From the NCBI GenBank assembly GCA_045588915.1, contig JAZNFA010000004.1, forward strand, positions 131,707-195,706: DNA of 64,000 bases, written 5' to 3'. The stretch comes from Clostridia bacterium. Its GTDB lineage: Bacteria; Bacillota; Clostridia; Christensenellales; UBA1242. Numbering within the stretch: position 1 is the first letter of the stretch; every line of letters starts with the position of its first letter. Below, in pieces: positions 55,155 to 62,698 of the stretch. The notes under the pieces were generated by a model, which saw only the letters and a program-made list of their open reading frames with translations, ran no database searches and was not told where the DNA came from. The translations under genes and the position numbers were made by a program.

Positions 55155-55890
55155 AATTTACCACTCCATAAAATGAATCTACTTGCAAAGACGAACCAAC
55201 GAAGAAAATACCATCAAGGTCACTTTGCGCCATATAGTTTTTAACGTTCGATGGTGTAATATGTCCACCATAAATAATTGGCAAGCTGGCATCAAGTGGA
55301 TTATTTTTCAAACCGACCAAGCATTCACGAATGTGTTTTGCTACCATATTAACATAATCTGGTGTTGGCAAAATTCCACGTTGCTGTACCCAAATTGGAC
55401 GATAACAAACTACGATATCATTGATATTCGAAACCCCAACCAACGCCCCTTGAATTTGACGTTTTAAAACTTCCAAAGTCAAATTATTTTGGTTTTCGTT
55501 CCAAGTCTCACCCACGCATAGAACAGGAATGATACCATATTTCTTCAACAACTTAATTTTCTTATTAACAACGTCATCTTGCTCAAAACTCAAACGCCAA
55601 GTACCATCACCAACGATACAATACTTAACGCCGTACTCTTTGAGAAGTTGTACGCTCAATTCACCCATACGTCCACCGAATTCAATTTCACTGACATCCT
55701 GAGCACCTAACTGTAAAGGCTTCGGCATTTTTAAACGTGCAATCTCGTAATAACAAGCCGCCGGCGCAATGACAACTTCGGTTTTATTTTTCAGTTCCAA
55801 ACCACGTTGATAAACCTGCTGAAAGAACTCTAAAACTTCTTTCGGGGTCTTGTTTGATTTCCAAGCTGCAAAGAATAATGGTCTACGCAT
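55144..55890 (-). CDS. Triosephosphate-isomerase homolog with substituted catalytic residues (probable pseudoenzyme or neofunctionalised)
   Basis: Collinear with TIM along its full length and located between pgk and gpmI. AAWKSN replaces GNWKMN, VGDGTWR replaces GHSERR, and CYRPIWVQQRG replaces AYEPVWAIGTG. Confidence 0.8.
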   Translation of the reverse strand: MRRPLFFAAWKSNKTPKEVLEFFQQVYQRGLELKNKTEVVIAPAACYYEIARLKMPKPLQLGAQDVSEIEFGGRMGELSVQLLKEYGVKYCIVGDGTWRLSFEQDDVVNKKIKLLKKYGIIPVLCVGETWNENQNNLTLEVLKRQIQGALVGVSNINDIVVCYRPIWVQQRGILPTPDYVNMVAKHIRECLVGLKNNPLDASLPIIYGGHITPSNVKNYMAQSDLDGIFFVGSSLQVDSFYGVVNYDK

Positions 55891-55892
55891 TT

Positions 55893-56945
55893 TCAATGAT
55901 TCTCCTTTTTTTGTAAGCACGCAATACCTGGTAAGGTTGTACCTTCGACAAATTCCAAGGCTGCACCACCACCAGTGGAAATATGTGTGAATTTAAAATC
56001 CTTAACAGCCGCCGCCGTATCGCCACCACCAACAATACTGATAGCATCACTTTGGCTGATGATTTGTGCAATAGCGTGCGTACCACGCGCATTTTCCGGA
56101 TTCACATCGAACTGTCCTAATGGACCATTCCAAAAGATAGTACGACTGCTTTCAATAATCGGACGCCAAGTTTCCACAGTTGCCATTGAGATATCTAAAC
56201 CTTGGTCGGGTGCAATGTGAATCTCTGCACGATGTTGCTTACCGTCGTCTTGCCATTCTTGTGCAATTTTACCACCAACCAAAACGTGGTCAGCTGTATC
56301 GGCCAACTTCAATGCCAAAGGCATTTTATCACTGGCTTTTTTACCACCAATAATCACCGTAAACGGTCGTTGTGGTTGATGCGTAATTTGACTTAGATTT
56401 TCAATTTCACGTGCCATTAAAAAACCAGCATAAGCAGGTAAATAACTTGCCACACCAACTGTGCTGGCGTGCGCACGGTGAGCAGCGCCAAAGGCATCAT
56501 TCACAAAAACATCACCGAGTTGTGCTAATTGTTTTGCAAATTCAGGCTCGTTCGCTGTTTCAGCTTTCGTAAAGCGTGTATTTTCTAACAACAAAACTGC
56601 GCCGTTCGGCAATGCTGCAACTTGTGCTTCAACATTCGCACCAACTGTTTCGGTAGCAAATTGTACTTCCACCCCAGCTAACAATTTTTGCAAATGCAAA
56701 TAAACTGGCTGTAAAGAATATTGTGGCTCTGGCTTACCGTCTGGTCGCCCAAAGTGACTGCACAAGACAACTTTCGCCCCACGTTCTAAACAATAACGGA
56801 CGGTTGGCAAACTATCGACGATACGTTTATCGTCGCTGATTGAACCGTCAACAGCCAACGGTACATTGTAATCAACACGCATTAAAACACGTGTCCCTGC
56901 CTTAATTGGCGCATCAACAACTTTTGCAAAATTTATATTTTCCAT
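55893..56945 (-). CDS. pgk: Phosphoglycerate kinase (short, 350 aa)
   Basis: RVDYNVP, SHFGRP, NDAFGAAHRAHAS, GGKKASDK, WNGPLG, GGGDTA, STGGGA. Confidence 0.88.
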   Translation of the reverse strand: MENINFAKVVDAPIKAGTRVLMRVDYNVPLAVDGSISDDKRIVDSLPTVRYCLERGAKVVLCSHFGRPDGKPEPQYSLQPVYLHLQKLLAGVEVQFATETVGANVEAQVAALPNGAVLLLENTRFTKAETANEPEFAKQLAQLGDVFVNDAFGAAHRAHASTVGVASYLPAYAGFLMAREIENLSQITHQPQRPFTVIIGGKKASDKMPLALKLADTADHVLVGGKIAQEWQDDGKQHRAEIHIAPDQGLDISMATVETWRPIIESSRTIFWNGPLGQFDVNPENARGTHAIAQIISQSDAISIVGGGDTAAAVKDFKFTHISTGGGAALEFVEGTTLPGIACLQKKENH

Positions 56946-56953
56946 GTATCAAC

Positions 56954-56982
56954 ATTATAATACGCAGAAATTAACTTGCCAA
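56954..56982 (-). promoter_or_regulatory. Putative promoter: TTGGCA-N17-TATAAT-N8-ATG (pgk operon)
   Basis: Complement of 56977-56982 and 56954-56959. Confidence 0.5.
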
Positions 56983-56997
56983 ACAAAACACTGGGGA

Positions 56998-58035
56998 TTA
57001 CTTAGTAATCCCATCAAGTCCTGTGACAATTTTTTTTGCTAAAATTGTGCGACAAGACATAACTTGTTTGATTACTGGTTTAGTGAGCTTATTTTTTTTT
57101 TTGTATTCTTGCATGCGACCTTTTAATTCATCAATATGCATTTGCATTTCTTCATTGTTATAACGACTACGTTCAGCGTCGTGAATACGAGCATCCAAAG
57201 TTCGCATACAACGTACTGCTTCACTTTCACGAGTTTTTTCAACTGCCTCTTTCGCACTTGCAAAACCAGAAGTTTGGTCTTGCATTGGCACTTGGTCATT
57301 GCTACAATCTTCAATTATTTGCAATGTATGTGCTTTAGTTTTTTCGTTAAATTTAGAATAAACTAAAGTTGGTAATTTGATACTATTACCACGTTTGAAA
57401 ATTTGAATAAAATCATATTTGCCGGATTGTTCAACATAATCAACGGTATTTGGCAAACCTTCCAAAGCTGTGTCATGGTCAATTTTCGCAACATGGCGAC
57501 AGAATTTCAAATTTCTAATTTGCTTTTCACATCGTTCAATTTGTGACATTTTACTTTCAAAATAAGGAACAGCAAAAGCACGCACACCCACAGTGTAACC
57601 AGCGTTGATAAATTTAGTAATCGCATCATCAACGACACGGTTGTTTTTCAAGGTTTGATGTAAAATAATATTGTAACGATTTTCGGTAAAGTATTTAATT
57701 ACATCAGCCGTAATACCTAAACCAAGTTGGTCTGTCGCTGTAACATAGTGGTCAGGATATTTGCGTCTAATTTCATCAACTTGTGGATGGAAACCACGGA
57801 AATAATCGTTGTCAATTTGGACAAACTTACGTTTAGGTGATAATTGGGAAGAATAATTGATCAATGCCGTTTTACCTGCACCCGATTGTCCACCAACTAC
57901 AATCACTAAAGGATTTTTCGAAGGAACTACATCTTTTGCCATAACTGTAATTACTTCCTTCGTAATTTCACTGATTTGGTCATCTGTTAAATGATACAAA
58001 TTTCTTACTTCGTTTTTAATTTCTTCGTGCGTCAT
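56998..58035 (-). CDS. Zeta-toxin-family kinase with a C-terminal extension of about 100 aa
   Basis: Walker A GGQSGAGKT (within 57871-57900), IDNDYFRGFHP. The ATGA start/stop overlap with the upstream small gene is typical of TA pairs. Confidence 0.8.
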   Translation of the reverse strand: MTHEEIKNEVRNLYHLTDDQISEITKEVITVMAKDVVPSKNPLVIVVGGQSGAGKTALINYSSQLSPKRKFVQIDNDYFRGFHPQVDEIRRKYPDHYVTATDQLGLGITADVIKYFTENRYNIILHQTLKNNRVVDDAITKFINAGYTVGVRAFAVPYFESKMSQIERCEKQIRNLKFCRHVAKIDHDTALEGLPNTVDYVEQSGKYDFIQIFKRGNSIKLPTLVYSKFNEKTKAHTLQIIEDCSNDQVPMQDQTSGFASAKEAVEKTRESEAVRCMRTLDARIHDAERSRYNNEEMQMHIDELKGRMQEYKKKNKLTKPVIKQVMSCRTILAKKIVTGLDGITK

Positions 58036-58253
58036 AATTCTTTATCTCCTCTAACAACTGGAGCATACTCTCTAATAATTTTATCAATTACTTCAAAATT
58101 AAACTTACACATTTCTTCTTCGTCATCAAGTAAGGTCATTAAAATCTTGTTAGATTTGTCATAGCCATTTCTGCCATATTTACCAATCATAGCATTCATG
58201 ATTTCTCTGGCAAGTTCGATTTTTGTATTATCGTTCATCGTATTATCGTTCAT
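58032..58253 (-). CDS. Putative epsilon-like antitoxin (73 aa, acidic)
   Basis: Position and 4-nt overlap with the zeta gene. AGGAGT SD. Assigned by context only. Confidence 0.5.
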   Translation of the reverse strand: MNDNTMNDNTKIELAREIMNAMIGKYGRNGYDKSNKILMTLLDDEEEMCKFNFEVIDKIIREYAPVVRGDKEL

Positions 58254-58271
58254 TTGTTACTCCTAAAATTT

Positions 58272-58300
58272 ATTTTACCACACTCACTGTTTAATTACAA
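58272..58300 (-). promoter_or_regulatory. Putative TA-module promoter: TTGTAA-N17-(TGg)TAAAAT
   Basis: Complement of 58295-58300 and 58272-58277. Confidence 0.5.
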
Positions 58301-58304
58301 CCTT

Positions 58305-58330
58305 AAAAAAAACACGGCGGTGTGCCGTGT
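58305..58330 (-). terminator. Rho-independent terminator after the lipoprotein gene
   Basis: acacggc (ggtgt) gccgtgt followed by T8 on the minus strand. Near-identical to the terminator at 59299-59327. Confidence 0.8.
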
Positions 58331-58346
58331 TTTAATATCCTTCGAA

Positions 58347-59252
58347 TTAATTATTGTTCGCCAAATAATCCGTTAACCATTGTGGTTGTGTGAATTCTTC
58401 ATCAGTTTTAACAACGTGGAAAGATTCTTTGTTTTGAATGTTTTGCCCATCTGGTTGTGGCGATAAACCAAACATTTCAGCATCTGCACCAATGATATTC
58501 TCATTTTTATCAAAGTTTATTTGAACCAAAAGATGACACTCGTCAATAATGGCTTGTGAATATCTTTCTTCCAACATTTTCGAATAACTTTCCCATATTT
58601 GATCAAAGTCTTCACCAACTGGACCATCGGTCAATAGAGCAAGAATTTGCATATAACCTTTGATATCACCAATTAAAGACAAACTAAAACCTGCATCAGT
58701 AGTGATTTTTTGCACTTCGTCTTTGTAAACATAATTAAAAGATTCTTCTGTTAAAAAGCAGTTTAAAATGTTTGCCCAATCAATCGCTTCTTTATTTTGT
58801 TTTCTAATTAAACCAGTTTCCAAGTTATTTACATAAACAGTTCCGTCCGCCAAACAAACCTCTGATATTGGTTGGTCAAATTCACTATTACATAAGTAAT
58901 AAGATACAAAATCATAATTAGCGTATTCAAAATTTCCGCTACAATGATATTCTTGATCATTTACTTTTTTGTCAACGTCCCAAAGATATTCATCAGATGT
59001 AAACGTAAACTTGCCCAATTTTTCCAAGAAATCACGGTTGCCTTCTTGTACGGATTGAGGTGTAACACTACCTTGTCCATCTAATGCCAACGCGTTAAGA
59101 ATGATGGCTTTGGCCTCAGCCAACGAAATCGTAGTTGTGGTTGGTGGCGTTGGTGTTGGTTCAGTAGGTTGCTCCGCGCCACAGCCCACGAATAATACCG
59201 CGCAAGTAATGAAAGTTAACAAAGCGCACAAAAATGATTTTAATTTGTTCAT
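58347..59252 (-). CDS. Lipoprotein with a Thr/Pro-rich linker, unknown function
   Basis: Signal peptide plus lipobox LFVGC, then EQPTEPTPTPPTTTT. TTGATT-N17-TACCAT-N6-ATG promoter at 59259-59287. Confidence 0.7.
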   Translation of the reverse strand: MNKLKSFLCALLTFITCAVLFVGCGAEQPTEPTPTPPTTTTISLAEAKAIILNALALDGQGSVTPQSVQEGNRDFLEKLGKFTFTSDEYLWDVDKKVNDQEYHCSGNFEYANYDFVSYYLCNSEFDQPISEVCLADGTVYVNNLETGLIRKQNKEAIDWANILNCFLTEESFNYVYKDEVQKITTDAGFSLSLIGDIKGYMQILALLTDGPVGEDFDQIWESYSKMLEERYSQAIIDECHLLVQINFDKNENIIGADAEMFGLSPQPDGQNIQNKESFHVVKTDEEFTQPQWLTDYLANNN

Positions 59253-59298
59253 ACTTTAATGGTACAAAAGAAAGCATAAACAATCAACTTTTTTTATT

Positions 59299-59327
59299 AA
59301 AAAACACGGCGATGTGCCGTGCTTTTT
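59299..59327. terminator. Terminator after rplA (bidirectional form)
   Basis: A6 - cacggc (gatgt) gccgtg - c - T5. Confidence 0.75.
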
Positions 59328-59351
59328 GCAAATGTTTTATGTAAATAAAAC

Positions 59352-60035
59352 TTAGATTTGTGGTGCAACTTGAACGCCAACACCCATTGATGAACAAACG
59401 GTAATGCGTTTTAAGTAAGTACCTTTTGCTGCACTTGGTTTTGCCTTAACAATAGCTTCTAACAAAACTGCATAGTTTTCTTGCAATTTTTGAACACCGA
59501 AAGACATTTTACCAATGATACAGTGAATGATATTAGTTTTATCCAAACGATATTCAACTTTACCACCCTTTGCATCGGTAACAGCTTTTTTAACGTCCAT
59601 TGTAACTGTACCACTCTTTGGGTTTGGCATTAAGCCTTTTGGACCCAAGATACGAGCAATACGTCCAACCAACCCCATCATATCAGGAGTAGTAATACAA
59701 ACGTCGAAACCTAACCAACCACCATTGATTTTGGTAATCATATCTTCTGCGCCAACAAAATCAGCACCAGCTTTTTCAGCTTCAGCTGCTTTATCGCCTT
59801 TTGCCAAAACTAAGATTTTTTGGCTACGACCTGTTCCGTGTGGCAATACGACAGTACCACGAACTTGTTGGTCAGCTTGTTTACCATCAACACCTAAGTT
59901 AATGTGAACTTCGATAGTTTCGTCGAATTTAACACGTTTCGTTTTTTCAACCAAAGCCAAAGCTTCTGCGATTGGCAAAGCACTGGTATTTTTGGTTTCT
60001 TCAAAAACTTTGTTGTAACTTTTGCTGTGTTTCAT
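59352..60035 (-). CDS. rplA: 50S ribosomal protein L1
   Basis: [10 protein letters not shown]..., [16 protein letters not shown]. Start at 60035 with a GGAGGA SD inside the rplK 3' end. Confidence 0.9.
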   Translation of the reverse strand: MKHSKSYNKVFEETKNTSALPIAEALALVEKTKRVKFDETIEVHINLGVDGKQADQQVRGTVVLPHGTGRSQKILVLAKGDKAAEAEKAGADFVGAEDMITKINGGWLGFDVCITTPDMMGLVGRIARILGPKGLMPNPKSGTVTMDVKKAVTDAKGGKVEYRLDKTNIIHCIIGKMSFGVQKLQENYAVLLEAIVKAKPSAAKGTYLKRITVCSSMGVGVQVAPQI

Positions 60036-60039
60036 CGTC

Positions 60040-60468
60040 TTATTCCTCCACGGTAACACCCATACTGCGGGCACTACCTTTCACCAAGCGTTCTGCTGCT
60101 TCGATTGAAGCTACATTCAAGTCAGGTAATTTTTGCTCTGCAATTTTACGAACTTGTTCCTTGGTTAATTTGCCGACTTTTTCTGTGTTTGGACGTTTAC
60201 TTCCACTTGTTAAGCCCAAAGTTTGTTTAATTAAAACTGCTGCTGGTGGAGTTTTTAACACGAAGTCAAATGAACGGTCGCCATAAATTGTAACAACCAC
60301 AGGGATGACTAACCCTTTGTCCTTTGCTGTTGCGTCGTTAAATTGTTTAACGAAGCCTGGTAAGTTAATACCGTGTGGGCCAAGGACCGTACCCACTGGT
60401 GGTGCAGGAGTTGCTGCACCAGCTTGCAATTGTAGTTTAACAACTGCTTTGACTGGTTTGTCTGCCAT
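60040..60468 (-). CDS. rplK: 50S ribosomal protein L11
   Basis: [26 protein letters not shown] motif, 142 aa. Confidence 0.92.
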   Translation of the reverse strand: MADKPVKAVVKLQLQAGAATPAPPVGTVLGPHGINLPGFVKQFNDATAKDKGLVIPVVVTIYGDRSFDFVLKTPPAAVLIKQTLGLTSGSKRPNTEKVGKLTKEQVRKIAEQKLPDLNVASIEAAERLVKGSARSMGVTVEE

Positions 60469-60542
60469 TTTCTATTTTTCCTTTTAAGTGGTACCGACGA
60501 CTGCGTAATTTACTATTACACATCTCCCACGTGAATGCAGAT

Positions 60543-60571
60543 ATTATAGGTTATTTTTTAATATTTGTAAA
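60543..60571 (-). promoter_or_regulatory. Putative rplKA promoter: TTTACA-N17-TATAAT, leaving a 5' UTR of about 68 nt (possible L1-binding leader)
   Basis: Complement of 60566-60571 and 60543-60548. Unlike most promoters here, it leaves a sizeable leader with an AAGGA SD. Confidence 0.45.
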
Positions 60572-60594
60572 GAGCTTTACACAAAATAAAACTA

Positions 60595-61896
60595 ATGCGC
60601 AAGATAAAATTAACCATATACTGTTGTTTCTTTGTGTGTACTGTAACCTTTTTTGGTGCGTGGAGTTCACCACAACAGAACTCCCCAACCGTTCTTACTT
60701 TAGACTTTGGCGAACATCAGGTGGTACTCACCGAAGATGTTTTGCAAGGTGGTTGGTACAACTACGAAGACAAGCAAAATTTAACACACGGCAAAAGTTT
60801 ATTTTCACGAGCCACCACAATGCAAGAGAGTGATACTTTTGAAGGAACATTTCCTGACATCGTGCAATACATTAACCGTATTGCACCGAAATACGAAATC
60901 AGTGCTTTTGATGGTCAAATTGATTTTCATCCCCACGCAACACCACGCTTCACCGTTCGGGGACAAAAAACTGGCCGAATCATTGACCGTGAAAAACTTT
61001 ATGCCGACATTGTCGCCGCTTTGAAAGGCAATAAATATCCACAGGTTCAGGTAACTTACCAAACAGTTACCCCAACACCAATTGAAACATTACTGGCGCG
61101 AATAAAAAAACGTGCGCATTTCAGCACACACTGCACCGACAATCCTGACCGTGAACGCAACATTGCTTTGGCATTAGGTAAATTTAACGGACTGCGTGTG
61201 AATGCTGGGGAACAAGTTTCTTTTAACCAAATTGTTGGAAAACGGACAGCACAACAAGGATTCCGAACAGCAAAAATTATTGTCAATGGTGAATACGTCG
61301 ATGGGATTGGTGGTGGCGTTTGTCAAGTCAGTACCACCTTATTTAACGCAGCCGTGCAAGCTGGTTTAGAAATTACCGAATCACACCACCACAGTTTGCG
61401 CTCATCTTATGTGCCACTCGGCCACGATGCAATGGTTTCCAGTGGCGCCGACTTGCGTTTTATTAACAACACTGGTGCACCGATTTATATCGAGACCAAC
61501 TTTCAAAATCATAACCTAAGCGTAACAATTTATGGTCGTGACAAAGGTCCACAAATCAGTTATCGTTTAGATACCGACGTCATCAAAACCATCAACTCCA
61601 AAGAACAGTTCGAAAAAGACTTACCCAAAACACTTATCAAAGACTACACGGCACATCCTGAAAATTATGAAAAAGTTTTAACCAAACACGGACAAGTTGG
61701 ACACGTTGTCGATACTTATATTGAAACCTATCAAGGCAATAAACGACTGTCTCGTAAGCGTTTACGCCGTAGTACTTACCAACCAACGCCTAATATTTAT
61801 ACTTTACGCAGATGTGCAACCCAAGTTACAAACTCGGTACAGGACGTTCCGGATAATACTTCTTCAACTGTTTTTGATAGCAGAGCCAGTGTTTAA
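60595..61896 (+). CDS. VanW-domain protein with an N-terminal membrane anchor
   Basis: GGGVCQVSTTLFNA core VanW motif, 433 aa. Confidence 0.8.
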   Translation: MRKIKLTIYCCFFVCTVTFFGAWSSPQQNSPTVLTLDFGEHQVVLTEDVLQGGWYNYEDKQNLTHGKSLFSRATTMQESDTFEGTFPDIVQYINRIAPKYEISAFDGQIDFHPHATPRFTVRGQKTGRIIDREKLYADIVAALKGNKYPQVQVTYQTVTPTPIETLLARIKKRAHFSTHCTDNPDRERNIALALGKFNGLRVNAGEQVSFNQIVGKRTAQQGFRTAKIIVNGEYVDGIGGGVCQVSTTLFNAAVQAGLEITESHHHSLRSSYVPLGHDAMVSSGADLRFINNTGAPIYIETNFQNHNLSVTIYGRDKGPQISYRLDTDVIKTINSKEQFEKDLPKTLIKDYTAHPENYEKVLTKHGQVGHVVDTYIETYQGNKRLSRKRLRRSTYQPTPNIYTLRRCATQVTNSVQDVPDNTSSTVFDSRASV

Positions 61897-62698
61897 TCAA
61901 ATCGTTCGGATTGCCATTATGACGTTGCTGTTGTAATTGCATCAACTCCACAATCCGTTCGTAAGTTGGTGCACTGTCATCCAAAGTAATTTTCCACGGC
62001 GCACCACATAAAGCACGACCGACCATTACGCCGTCAGCGTGCGTTATGGCTAAACAATTTTCGTAACTGGCACGGTCTCGCACATCACCATTCGCAATCA
62101 CTGGCACATTGACACTGGCTTTAACCTCAGCAATCGCTTGGTAATCAGCCGTACCACGGTAACCATCAACCCCCAACCGGCCGTGTACAATTAAACGGTC
62201 AGCACCGGCACGCACACACATTTGTGCAAATTCCACAGCAATATTTTTGTCCCAGCCTAAACGAAACTTCACACTGAGTTTTTGGTGTTTGTGATGTAAG
62301 GCTTGACGACAAAGTTCAATTAAGTTTTGCGCACGTGGTAAATCTCGCATCAAGGCACAACCACAATGATTCTTAATAATCTTGGGTGCTGGACACCCCA
62401 TATTCAAATTGATTTCATCGTAAGCATCCAGCAACCCCGATTGAATTACGTTCACAAAATCAACAGGCTCACGTCCAAACAATTGCACAACCTGATGTAC
62501 ACCATCGACCTTGTCGGTTTTTAGCATTGCCAGTGTTTTTGCATTACCACGCACTAACGCTGTCGCATTAACCATTTCCGTCCATATCTCACGAGCACCA
62601 CACGCGACTAAAACACTGCGAAAGCCATAATCTGTCCAACCTGCCAACGGTGCAGGTAAAATTATCGGCTCAGACTTGACGGATGTGTTTTTGCTCAT
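61826..62698 (-). CDS. tRNA-dihydrouridine synthase family protein
   Basis: LAGWTDYGFR, NMGCP, HGR motifs. Start at 62698 (MSKNTS) chosen over the track's extension. Confidence 0.8.
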   Translation of the reverse strand: MSKNTSVKSEPIILPAPLAGWTDYGFRSVLVACGAREIWTEMVNATALVRGNAKTLAMLKTDKVDGVHQVVQLFGREPVDFVNVIQSGLLDAYDEINLNMGCPAPKIIKNHCGCALMRDLPRAQNLIELCRQALHHKHQKLSVKFRLGWDKNIAVEFAQMCVRAGADRLIVHGRLGVDGYRGTADYQAIAEVKASVNVPVIANGDVRDRASYENCLAITHADGVMVGRALCGAPWKITLDDSAPTYERIVELMQLQQQRHNGNPNDLIKHWLCYQKQLKKYYPERPVPSL

